From positions 1 through 60,438 of the forward strand of contig CALWKK010000002.1 of assembly GCA_944381245.1 (NCBI GenBank): a DNA stretch of 60,438 nt. Direction: 5' to 3'. Below are positions 10,524 to 19,522 of the stretch, piece after piece. The number at the start of each line of letters is the position of its first letter. Within the stretch, counting starts at the first letter, position 1. Origin of the DNA: an uncultured Clostridia bacterium (GTDB lineage: Bacteria > Bacillota > Clostridia > Christensenellales > UBA1242). A model generated the notes under the pieces. That model was given only the letters and a program-made list of their open reading frames with translations. It was not told the DNA's origin and searched no databases. The position numbers were made by a program, and so were the translations under genes.

Positions 10524-10534
10524 CTATTTCAATC

Positions 10535-10576
10535 AAAAAAGAATATCAAGCATAGCTTGAATTTCTTTTTTATTTT
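10535..10576 (+). terminator. Terminator-like hairpin inside the predicted greA leader
   Basis: The A-run plus GAATATCAAGC pairs with GCTTGAATTTC plus a T-run. This gives 6 bp, a 2-nt mismatch and 9 bp around loop ATA, followed by TATTTT. It lies between the promoter and the greA SD. Confidence 0.45.
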
Positions 10577-10587
10577 AGGAGGGCAAG

Positions 10588-11058
10588 ATGGAAAAAACTT
10601 TTTTAACACCAGAAGGAAAAATTCAATTAGAAAATAGATTAAATGAATTAAAAACAATTAAAAGACCAGAGGTATCAAAAAAAATTGGCATAGCAAGAGA
10701 ATTTGGTGATTTATCTGAAAATGCTGAATATGATGCCGCAAAAGAAGAACAAGGATTAATTGAAGCTGAAATACTTGAAATAGAAGCTAAACTAAGAAAT
10801 TGTGTTATAATAAATAAAAATGAATTATCAACAAAAAATGTTGCAGTTGGTTGCACTGTTAAATTATATGATAAATCTTTTGATGAAGAAATAGAATATG
10901 AAATTATCGGATCGACAGAAAGTGATCCTATTAAAGGATTAATATCAAATGAAAGTCCAGTTGGAAAAGCTTTATTAGGGAAAAAGAAAGGTGATAAAGT
11001 TGAAGTGGAAACACCTGGTGGAATAATAGAATATGAGATTTTAGAAATTCGTGCGTAA
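10588..11058 (+). CDS. greA: Transcription elongation factor GreA
   Basis: Full-length match to the GreA pattern (LSENAEYDAAKEEQ coiled coil and C-terminal FKBP-like domain). AGGAGGG SD. Confidence 0.95.
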   Translation: MEKTFLTPEGKIQLENRLNELKTIKRPEVSKKIGIAREFGDLSENAEYDAAKEEQGLIEAEILEIEAKLRNCVIINKNELSTKNVAVGCTVKLYDKSFDEEIEYEIIGSTESDPIKGLISNESPVGKALLGKKKGDKVEVETPGGIIEYEILEIRA

Positions 11059-11060
11059 AT

Positions 11061-11090
11061 AAAAAAAGCTCCAAATTTAGGAGTTTTTTT
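11061..11090. terminator. Bidirectional terminator between convergent genes
   Basis: AAAAAAAGCTCC / GGAGTTTTTTT stem with loop AAATTTA. It overlaps the stop of the minus-strand gene. Confidence 0.6.
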
Positions 11091-13779
11091 ATGCTTTTTT
11101 CTTCTCTCCAAAAAGCTCTTGTATTGCATCTGGCGCATCTATTTGCATCATTGTTCTACTCAAAGCGCCAGAAATAAAGAAACACTGCCCGACTCCAGCC
11201 GTAACAATACTGTTTTGTTCTTCGGTATTAATTTCTCCAGACTTTCTATAAAGTTCAACTAAGTCATTTAAGTCATTTGGAGATAAAGAGAATATCATGG
11301 AATATTGACTTGCATTAATAACTGCTGTTGATTGTCTTTGCATTTCTGCAGTACCAACAAAGTCTTTTATGTTTTGCGTAATAACTATTTGCATACCAGA
11401 ATATTTTCTAATACGTTTTGCCATTTGCGCCATAAAATCCAAAGCTATTGGATAATTAGGGTTTAAAAATACGTGCGCTTCATCCACAGCAACTATTATT
11501 TTACGATTAGTACCAAATCTCAAATTAAAATCTCTATTTTTTATAATTTCATTATCTAAATATTTAAAAATTAACAACATTTGCGCGTTGGCTATTACTT
11601 CATTTCTATTAGCAAGCAAAGATCTAAAATTGAATGATATAAAATTCTCTTTAGTTTTAATCGAAGTTGGCCCATTCCAAAGATTACTATTTCTACCACC
11701 CTTTGCAAATTTTTTAATATATGTTTGTATTGTCAAAAAATTTCTTTTGTGATATTCATTAGTCTCTTTTAAAAGTTTTTCGTTCACCAAAGCGTATAAA
11801 TCATCAAATATTGGATAATCATCTGGAGTTAAGTTATCTAATTCAACATTTTCATCAATACCTTTTTTGTTATACATTTCAACAACCAAAGAGTTAAGTG
11901 CTTCAAATGCATCACTATCTATTCCTTCAAGAATAACTTTAAAAAATTGTTCTAAAAATTGAAGATGTATTGAAAATGTATCCGTATTTTCTTTTAGTTT
12001 TAACTTATTTTCGTCATCTTCTTCATCGTCAACAGATAATTCATTGATATCTTTTATGTCATCTTTCAAAGTTGTCATGATATGAAATGGATTTATAATA
12101 CCCATAGCAGAAGAACCAACATCAATAACTTTACCATTTAAATTACCTGCAAGAACAGTATATTCATCTTCGGGGTCTAATATAAATATTCTTGTATTAT
12201 CTGCCGCAAAATTTGCTAAAAGAGTTTTTGTCGCAAACGATTTTCCTGACCCTGATTTTCCTATTATCATCATGTTACTATTAACACGTTCTCTATTCCT
12301 TAAAAAGAAATCAACAAATATTGGATATTCATTATATCCTATATAAAATCCTTCTTTATCTTGTAATGCTCCTGATATAAAAGGAAAAATTGCTGCTAAA
12401 GTTGAAGTTGGAATTCCTCTTAAAGTTTCCTTTATATTGTCTCTCATGGATATATTTGAGCTAATAAACCCATCAACTTGTCTGGCAAATAACTCTGAAA
12501 ATTTGAATCCTTCTTGTTTTAAGATAGCTTTAACTTCTTTTCTTGCTGGTTCTTCACAGATAACATATGTGTTAACATCATATAATTGCTGGTTATTATT
12601 TTTCAAATCTATTAATAAATTTTTTAATGTTTCTCTGTGAGTTTCATTTTCAATAGCCTTACTACTTCTCGATGAATAGGAATATTTACTTTCCATTTCC
12701 ATTATAGCTTTATCAATATTTTTTTCAGCTTTAAATTTTTGTAAAGGTTTTATCTTTACAATAATTTTTGTTTTATCTTGCGAAAAAAAGTTATATCCCC
12801 ATGCATTATTAACATTTAAAGGATAATCACTAAAAACAAATTGTCTATAATTTTTGCCATCAATTGAATATCCTCCTGCTTTAAATTTAATTTCTTTAGG
12901 TATAACCCAATCATAATAATCTTTTATAGAAATTGAATCTAATTCCCTTTCGTCAAACTCTTTACCAAAAATAGCTTTAACAAAAACAACTAAGTCTTTC
13001 CCCATCAATCTACTCGTTGAAACAGGCGTAACAGAACTCACCAAAGTTTGCATAATTCCATCGACTGTTGTTTCTAAAATTTCTTTATCCTTATCATAAA
13101 CAACTAAGTAGAAAAAATCTTTATAAACTTTTTCTTGTTTATTTAAAGTTTCAACTCTAGCAACTCTATCTTCAAATATAGCCGCCCTTGCATCAACTTC
13201 TTTGCTTGTCATTTCGCCTTCGTATTGCAAATCCATTAAAGTATCATATTTTTTATCTTCAATATAAACATAGTTATCTAATATCATGGCTTTGCTTAAT
13301 TTAACTATATTAGCAGTTTGAGATTCATTCAATCTTCTTAATGCATTTGCAAAAGTTTCAATTAACATATTTTGTTTAAAATCATTTAATAATCCAAATT
13401 CAACTGGTGTTATTTCAATGACTTGCGCATAATAATCTCCATAATCAATATATTTGTCTTGCAAAAAACCTGTAAAAGGAATTATATTTTTAATATCTGC
13501 GTTGACTTTATTAGCGTTTTTTAAATATTTTTTCTTTTGTGCAAAAAATCTGAACAAATATCCTAAAGTATAATAAAATCTTATTCCATCTGCAACTGGA
13601 AAAAACAAACTAACAATAATCAGCATCCAACCAATTGCAACCCAAATGTGGTAAGGAAAATTAGCTGTAAACAAAGCAACGGCAACTAAAACTCCTATAA
13701 ATGCAGTTATAATATCGCTTAATGTCACGCCTTTAAAAAACTCTGTTTTAACTTTTATTTTTCTGGGAATTAATCTCAT
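11089..13779 (-). CDS. VirB4/TraE-type type IV secretion ATPase with a fused N-terminal two-TM (PrgI/TcpE-like) module
   Basis: Walker A IIGKSGSGKSF, Walker B-like IIVAVDEAHVF and the C-terminal VirB4 block AVINASQYSMIFSL. The first ~85 aa have a basic start and two hydrophobic helices. AAGAGGT SD. Confidence 0.75.
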   Translation of the reverse strand: MRLIPRKIKVKTEFFKGVTLSDIITAFIGVLVAVALFTANFPYHIWVAIGWMLIIVSLFFPVADGIRFYYTLGYLFRFFAQKKKYLKNANKVNADIKNIIPFTGFLQDKYIDYGDYYAQVIEITPVEFGLLNDFKQNMLIETFANALRRLNESQTANIVKLSKAMILDNYVYIEDKKYDTLMDLQYEGEMTSKEVDARAAIFEDRVARVETLNKQEKVYKDFFYLVVYDKDKEILETTVDGIMQTLVSSVTPVSTSRLMGKDLVVFVKAIFGKEFDERELDSISIKDYYDWVIPKEIKFKAGGYSIDGKNYRQFVFSDYPLNVNNAWGYNFFSQDKTKIIVKIKPLQKFKAEKNIDKAIMEMESKYSYSSRSSKAIENETHRETLKNLLIDLKNNNQQLYDVNTYVICEEPARKEVKAILKQEGFKFSELFARQVDGFISSNISMRDNIKETLRGIPTSTLAAIFPFISGALQDKEGFYIGYNEYPIFVDFFLRNRERVNSNMMIIGKSGSGKSFATKTLLANFAADNTRIFILDPEDEYTVLAGNLNGKVIDVGSSAMGIINPFHIMTTLKDDIKDINELSVDDEEDDENKLKLKENTDTFSIHLQFLEQFFKVILEGIDSDAFEALNSLVVEMYNKKGIDENVELDNLTPDDYPIFDDLYALVNEKLLKETNEYHKRNFLTIQTYIKKFAKGGRNSNLWNGPTSIKTKENFISFNFRSLLANRNEVIANAQMLLIFKYLDNEIIKNRDFNLRFGTNRKIIVAVDEAHVFLNPNYPIALDFMAQMAKRIRKYSGMQIVITQNIKDFVGTAEMQRQSTAVINASQYSMIFSLSPNDLNDLVELYRKSGEINTEEQNSIVTAGVGQCFFISGALSRTMMQIDAPDAIQELFGEKKKA

Positions 13780-13889
13780 ACTAACCTCTTAAATTTGAGT
13801 TATTAATATTATTTATACAAAGATTAACATTATAAATGTTTATATAAATATTAATTATTATAAACAAAAAAAATAAATTATCAAAATTT

Positions 13890-15416
13890 TTAGCACAATG
13901 TATTCAATAAAAGAGAATTTTGGGTCATTTCTTTTGGTTTTTTTATATTTAAAATATCTAAAACAGTTGGTGCAATAGATGCAATGCTCTGATTATTTTT
14001 AAGTTTTGAATTTCTGTATTTTTCACTGATCAATATAAAAGGCACAGGATTTGAAGAATGAGAAGTGACTATTTTATTTCTATTTAACATACATTCAGCA
14101 TTGCCATGATCTGCCGTTATTATCGCATGCCCATTATTTATTAAGGTTGCTTTTACAATTTTATCTGAGCAATAATCAATATATTTTATTGCTTTTTTTG
14201 TTGCTTTAAAATTACCGGTATGTCCAATCATATCAGCATTTGATAAATTAATTAATATAAAACCATATTCCTTCGAATTAATTGCATTAATTGCATTTTT
14301 TGTTATATCTTTTGCTTTCATTTTAGGATATTTTGAAAAATCTTTAGTATCTATGCTCTCAATTAAAATTCTTTTTTCTCCTTCAAATTTTTTTTCTTCA
14401 CCACCATTAAAAAAGTATGTTATATGTGCATATTTCGTAGTTTCTGTAACTTTATATTGTTTAATTTTATACCTTGACAAAACTTCAGATAAGCAATTTT
14501 TTATTTTTTGCTTAGGTATTATAACTTTTATTTTTTTAAAATTCTTATCGTATTCAGTCATAGTGCAAACAAATAAGTTTTTTAATTTTTTTGTTTGAAA
14601 TTCTTTAAATGTTTTTTGAGTTAATGCATTTATTAATTCTCTCATTCTATCTGCTCTAAAATTTAAAGAAATTATAACATCATTATCTTGTATAAAGGGA
14701 CTATTCTTAAACTTTGTTGGATTAACATACTCATCATAAATATTTTTTTTATAACTATTTAAAATGCTTTCTTCTAAATTATCACTTTCTTCATATCCAA
14801 TATTAGAAATACCCGTTAACATATTATAAACTCTTTCTATTCTGTCATATCGATTTTCTCGATCCATTGAATAAATTCTTCCAGAAATAGATGCTATATT
14901 ACCGATATTTTCAATTTTTAAAAATTTTTCGAACTCTTGAAAATATTTTAAACCACTGTCGAAATAAGTATCTCTTCCATCAAGAAATGCATGAAAAAAT
15001 ATTTTATTAATTTCATTATTTTTTAATATTTTTATAACTTCTTTAAAATGCTGAATTGAACTATGAACTCCTCCATTAGATAATAACCCCATTATATGAA
15101 CACATGAATTATTATTAATACAATGTTCGCTTGCTTCAAGTAATGTTTTATTTTCTTTCAATTTGTTTAATTCTATTAATTTATTTATTCGGCAGAAATC
15201 TTGTAAAACAATTCTTCCACTTCCAATATTTAAATGCCCACACTCGCTATTACCCATTTGTCCCTTTTGCAAACCAACAGCTTCCCCACTTGCGTTTAAA
15301 AGACAAAATGGATATTTTTTTTTATAATAATCTATTTTTTTTGAATTATTATAAATTGCATTTCCTTCTTTATTTTTACTTTCTCCATATCCATCTAAAA
15401 TTAATAATGTTACCAT
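13890..15416 (-). CDS. gpmI: 2,3-bisphosphoglycerate-independent phosphoglycerate mutase
   Basis: LILDGYG N-terminus, GGVHS and ADHGNAE motifs. Length is typical. Confidence 0.95.
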   Translation of the reverse strand: MVTLLILDGYGESKNKEGNAIYNNSKKIDYYKKKYPFCLLNASGEAVGLQKGQMGNSECGHLNIGSGRIVLQDFCRINKLIELNKLKENKTLLEASEHCINNNSCVHIMGLLSNGGVHSSIQHFKEVIKILKNNEINKIFFHAFLDGRDTYFDSGLKYFQEFEKFLKIENIGNIASISGRIYSMDRENRYDRIERVYNMLTGISNIGYEESDNLEESILNSYKKNIYDEYVNPTKFKNSPFIQDNDVIISLNFRADRMRELINALTQKTFKEFQTKKLKNLFVCTMTEYDKNFKKIKVIIPKQKIKNCLSEVLSRYKIKQYKVTETTKYAHITYFFNGGEEKKFEGEKRILIESIDTKDFSKYPKMKAKDITKNAINAINSKEYGFILINLSNADMIGHTGNFKATKKAIKYIDYCSDKIVKATLINNGHAIITADHGNAECMLNRNKIVTSHSSNPVPFILISEKYRNSKLKNNQSIASIAPTVLDILNIKKPKEMTQNSLLLNTLC

Positions 15417-15422
15417 ATAATT

Positions 15423-15431
15423 TATATAACA
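15423..15431 (-). promoter_or_regulatory. Extended -10 (TGTTATATA) placed for a leaderless gpmI mRNA
   Basis: The minus strand reads TGTTATATA-AATTAT-ATG. There is no SD. Confidence 0.45.
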
Positions 15432-15460
15432 TATTTTATATGTATTTCAAAACATAAATA

Positions 15461-15489
15461 AAAATTCACAAGCTATACTTGTGAATTTT
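15461..15489 (-). terminator. Intrinsic terminator of nifS-nifU with the stop codon in its loop
   Basis: 12-bp stem AAAATTCACAAG / CTTGTGAATTTT. The nifU TAG lies in the 5-nt loop. A T-rich tail follows on the minus strand. Confidence 0.6.
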
Positions 15490-15877
15490 TATTAGTTTTT
15501 TCTAATTTTTTCTGTTTTTTATAATAATCTTCAATTGCAGCCTTAATTGCTTCTTCGGCTAATATTGAACAATGAATTTTTTGAGTTGGTAATCCACCTA
15601 AAATTTCGATTATTTGACTATTTTTAACTTTTAAAGCTTCTTCAATCGTTTTTCCTTTTATTAATTCAGTTGCAACAGAAGTAGTTGTTATTGCAGCAAC
15701 GCAACCAAATGTTTTAAAACTAGCATCTTCAATTATACCATCCTCGTTTATTTTTAAATAAATTTTCATTATATCACCACATGCAGCATTGCCAACTTTG
15801 CCAATACCATTTGCGCCTTTAAGTGTTCCAACATTTTTTGGATTTTTAAAAATTTCCAAAACTTTATTGTTATACAT
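15473..15877 (-). CDS. nifU: Fe-S cluster scaffold protein (NifU N-terminal/IscU type)
   Basis: Three scaffold cysteines in GNAACGD, FGCVAA and IHCS. Confidence 0.9.
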   Translation of the reverse strand: MYNNKVLEIFKNPKNVGTLKGANGIGKVGNAACGDIMKIYLKINEDGIIEDASFKTFGCVAAITTTSVATELIKGKTIEEALKVKNSQIIEILGGLPTQKIHCSILAEEAIKAAIEDYYKKQKKLEKTNKNSQV

Positions 15878-15879
15878 AA

Positions 15880-17058
15880 CTATTCTCCTTTTACACTAGA
15901 CTTTGTTTGTGGAGAAATTTTTCTTAATTTCCCCACTGCTTCAGCTAATTTTTTTATAGTATAATCTATATCATCCTTTGAAGTTGATCGCCCTAATGAA
16001 AACCTTATTGACCCTTGAGCGACTTCATCATCAACCCCCATTGCTCTTAAAACATATGAAGGTTCCAATGCTCCTGAAGTACAAGCAGAACCTGTTGAAA
16101 CTGCTATCCCTTCAAAATCAAGCAACATTAATATTGCTTCACCTTCAATTAATTCAAATGAAATATTAATAATATTATTAACTTTTTGATGTGGATGTCC
16201 GTTAATTATAATATAAGGAATTTTTTCTTTAACTTCTCTAACAAAATAATCTCTTAATTTTTTAATTTTTTTATTGTATAAAGCAAAATCCCTAACAGTC
16301 ATTTCAACAGCCTTCCCAAATCCAACAATTGCTGGAACATTTAATGTTCCTCCTCTTTTATTTCTTTCTTGGTGCCCACCATCAATTAAATTTTCTATTT
16401 TTATACCGTTTCTAATATAAAGCGCTCCAACACCTTTTGGTCCATAAACTTTATGCGAACTTATGCTCATTAAATCAATTTCCATATCTTTAACATCTAA
16501 TCTCAAAGAAGATAAAGCTTGAACTGCATCAGTGTGAAAAATCACATCATACTCTTTAGCAATTTTACCTATAGCTTTTATATTTTGTATTGTTCCAACT
16601 TCGTTATTTACTGCCATTATAGAAATTAAAATCGTATCCTTTCTAATTGCATGAATTAATTCTGCTAAATCAACCAAACCAAATTTATCGACCGGCAAAT
16701 AAGTTATTTCATACCCTTCTCTTTCTAAAGCTTTACAAGCTCCTAAAACGGCTGAATGTTCAATTGAGCTCGTAATTATATGCTTTCCCTTTGAACTATA
16801 AGCATGGGCAATTCCTTTTATTGCCCAATTGTCAGATTCTGTACCACCCGATGTAAAATAAACTTCGTTAGAGTTTGAATTTATAGCTCTAGCAATTCTA
16901 TCTCTTGCTCGATCAACTAATCCTTGAGCTTCTCTTCCAAAGGAATGTATGCTGTTCGGATTTCCGTAAAAAACACTAAAACAAGGCATCATTTCATTTA
17001 AAACTTCGGTTGCAATATATGTTGTTGCAGCATTATCTAAGTAAACTTTTCTTTCCAT
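15880..17058 (-). CDS. nifS: Cysteine desulfurase
   Basis: PLP-lysine block SSHKVYGPKG and active-site GSACTSG. I chose the ATG at 17058 with a GAGGTG SD; the GTG at 17064 lies inside the SD. Confidence 0.9.
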   Translation of the reverse strand: MERKVYLDNAATTYIATEVLNEMMPCFSVFYGNPNSIHSFGREAQGLVDRARDRIARAINSNSNEVYFTSGGTESDNWAIKGIAHAYSSKGKHIITSSIEHSAVLGACKALEREGYEITYLPVDKFGLVDLAELIHAIRKDTILISIMAVNNEVGTIQNIKAIGKIAKEYDVIFHTDAVQALSSLRLDVKDMEIDLMSISSHKVYGPKGVGALYIRNGIKIENLIDGGHQERNKRGGTLNVPAIVGFGKAVEMTVRDFALYNKKIKKLRDYFVREVKEKIPYIIINGHPHQKVNNIINISFELIEGEAILMLLDFEGIAVSTGSACTSGALEPSYVLRAMGVDDEVAQGSIRFSLGRSTSKDDIDYTIKKLAEAVGKLRKISPQTKSSVKGE

Positions 17059-17120
17059 ATTCACCTCTATGGAATTTTATCAGTTTATGTTTTATATGTC
17101 AAGTCAAAAAATAGATAACT

Positions 17121-18653
17121 TTATTTATTTTTCCTTTTTAAGGACATTTTTTTAAATTTAACTTTTTTCATTTCAACAAACATACTTTTAACATTAATAA
17201 TTTTATAAGTTGAACATAATGCAATAAATAATCCTCCACCTACACAACATGAAATAGCTAAATTAAAGAATAATGGAATAATATTGTTTAATAAGTTTGT
17301 TATGAAAAACGTAATTGCAGCGCAAGGTAAGCAAAATGCCAACATTAACATTAAAGGTTTCAATATATTTAATTTACTATTTATTGTTTTTTTAATCATA
17401 ATTATATTCAATACAGCGGTTATTGAAACACAAATCCCCATACCAACAATTAAAGCATTTATACCGATGATTGAAGGTAAAAACCAAATTGACGCAAACA
17501 AAAAAACAGAACCTATAAGATAATTTATAAAAGATCTAACTTCTTTTCCTAAAGCATTTAATATTGATGAAGATATTGATGTCAAAGCCATAGGAACTAT
17601 CATCCAAGCTGAGCTGGAGAGCAATGCTCCACTTGTAACATTCCCAAAGAAAAATAAACCTATGTTTTCACCAGCTCCCATGAATAGTGGCATTATTAAA
17701 AATGTTATAAATAATGTAAATATTAATGAAGATGAAATCTTATTTTTAACTTCATTATTATCTTCATTGCTAACAGCTTTCGATAAATCTGGTATTAATG
17801 CAGTTGAAAGAGAACCGACTAAAGTTATTGGAATGAATAAAAGAGGTAATGTCATACCAATAGCAATGCCATAAATTGACATAGCTTGACTACTTGTATA
17901 TCCAACAGCAATTAATCTTGCAGGTATGATAAGAGCTATTATAGGTTGGACTAAACTAGATAAAAATCTTACTGCTGTTATAGGTGCAGAAGACTTGATT
18001 ACCTCTTTATAAATTTTATCAGGTTTTTTTAATTTCCCGCCATATACAAAATATAATATTATAGATAAAGCCATTGAAAGTAAACAAGCTATGCTTAAAG
18101 ATAAACCAGCACTTATAGAAGTTGATAAAGATCCAATTCCAAAACTTAACAAAAACACGCAAACGGTTATTCTAACAATTTGTTCAAACAATTCAGTAAT
18201 ACAATATCCAAAATAGTTTGAGTGTCCCCACATTGATCCTCTGAAAACATTATACACACTAGAAAATAATACTGCTGGTAGCATTACAAGTAATATTGAA
18301 TAACATCGATCGTCAGCAAACAATAAGGAAAATAAATTTTTAAATACTAAAACAAAAATTGATAAAATAATTGACGTTATAATAGAAACAATCAAAGACG
18401 CTGAAATTAATTTTGCTTCAGAACTGGTGTCCTTTTTTGAATAATATTTTGCTGATAATTTTGATATTATAACTGGCAAGCCACTAGCAACAATAGTTAA
18501 AAGAACCATGAAAACAGAAAGTGAAACTTGATATAATCCAAGCGCTTCAGCGCCCAACATTCTAGATAAATATATTCTAAATATAAATCCCAACAATCTA
18601 GTTAAAACAGCAAAACCTGTTATTATAAATACAGTTTTAAAAAGTGATTTCAA
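17121..18653 (-). CDS. spoVB: Stage V sporulation protein B / MurJ-like MOP-family flippase
   Basis: About 14 TM helices and a SpoVB-like N-terminus (LTRLLGFIFRIYLSRMLGAEALGLYQ). TTG start preceded by a GGGAG SD. Confidence 0.65.
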   Translation of the reverse strand: MKSLFKTVFIITGFAVLTRLLGFIFRIYLSRMLGAEALGLYQVSLSVFMVLLTIVASGLPVIISKLSAKYYSKKDTSSEAKLISASLIVSIITSIILSIFVLVFKNLFSLLFADDRCYSILLVMLPAVLFSSVYNVFRGSMWGHSNYFGYCITELFEQIVRITVCVFLLSFGIGSLSTSISAGLSLSIACLLSMALSIILYFVYGGKLKKPDKIYKEVIKSSAPITAVRFLSSLVQPIIALIIPARLIAVGYTSSQAMSIYGIAIGMTLPLLFIPITLVGSLSTALIPDLSKAVSNEDNNEVKNKISSSLIFTLFITFLIMPLFMGAGENIGLFFFGNVTSGALLSSSAWMIVPMALTSISSSILNALGKEVRSFINYLIGSVFLFASIWFLPSIIGINALIVGMGICVSITAVLNIIMIKKTINSKLNILKPLMLMLAFCLPCAAITFFITNLLNNIIPLFFNLAISCCVGGGLFIALCSTYKIINVKSMFVEMKKVKFKKMSLKRKNK

Positions 18654-18740
18654 ATTTTTTCTCCCAACATATTAATATTTAAAATCTTGCAAATTTATGA
18701 GTTTAATTGAATATAAATATTTAAGTAATAGGAGAAAATT

Positions 18741-19055
18741 ATGGAAATAAAATTATTTGATAACAATAAAGAATGGTATTATAAAATAAAATTATGCGAT
18801 GAGAAACTCACAATAAATAAGTTTTTGCAAAAATTTAATTTTGATATTGATGAATTTAATGCTTTAAATCCAGATATGAAAAAATTACAAGCAGGAAAAA
18901 TATTAAAAATGCCAAAAAGTTCTCAATATTTTCATATAGTACAACCTTTGGAAACGTATAGTAGTTTATCTTTAAAATATAATATTCCCGAATCTAAATT
19001 AAAGGAAATTAACAAAACTAACGTTTTATTTATTGGACAAAAAATTTTTATTTGA
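18741..19055 (+). CDS. LysM domain protein
   Basis: C-terminal LysM pattern HIVQPLETYSSLSLKYNI...INKTN...GQKIFI. AGGAG SD. Confidence 0.6.
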   Translation: MEIKLFDNNKEWYYKIKLCDEKLTINKFLQKFNFDIDEFNALNPDMKKLQAGKILKMPKSSQYFHIVQPLETYSSLSLKYNIPESKLKEINKTNVLFIGQKIFI

Positions 19056-19095
19056 TATTATAAAATAATGTGTTATAATATGTTTGAGGAAAAAT

Positions 19096-19500
19096 ATGGA
19101 TAACCAAAATATCAAAATAAGAGAAAAAATGGCTTTGTATTTAATTGAAAGTGGATTAACAATAGAAAAATTAGAACATATCATACAAAAGCTTTGTGAA
19201 GCTAAAAACAGATTATGTGAAATTAGAAAAAACAATAATAATGAAAGAACTTTTGAGCTCTTCATTCAATCAAAAAAAATAATAAATAAATTAACACCTT
19301 ATATAGTGGAATTAAAAAAATATAAAAATTTTTATAATTATTCAAAATGGAAAAATAATTTTAATTTAACAATAAATAATATAATTGAAATTATTGAAAA
19401 TAAAATAACACAACAAACAAAAATTTTACAAACCATGCAAAAATTAGATCAAGACAAAATTATGAATGAAATACAAAACATCTATGATATAGAGTTTTAA
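19096..19500 (+). CDS. Hypothetical coiled-coil protein
   Basis: ATG at 19096 with a GAGGA SD. No recognisable family. Confidence 0.35.
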   Translation: MDNQNIKIREKMALYLIESGLTIEKLEHIIQKLCEAKNRLCEIRKNNNNERTFELFIQSKKIINKLTPYIVELKKYKNFYNYSKWKNNFNLTINNIIEIIENKITQQTKILQTMQKLDQDKIMNEIQNIYDIEF

Positions 19501-19522
19501 TAGAGAAAAATTAGAGGTTAAC

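Noticed and set aside
10623-11138. 171-aa ORF antisense to greA
   Set aside because: It fully overlaps the strongly conserved greA coding frame and the bidirectional terminator. Its product is low-complexity and it has no SD. It is most likely a shadow ORF.
13780-13889. Possible att site or mobile-element boundary flanking the VirB4-like gene
   Set aside because: I saw no direct repeats shared with the other flank (11059-11090), no tRNA and no recombinase. The region looks like an ordinary AT-rich promoter region with TATAAT-like hexamers.
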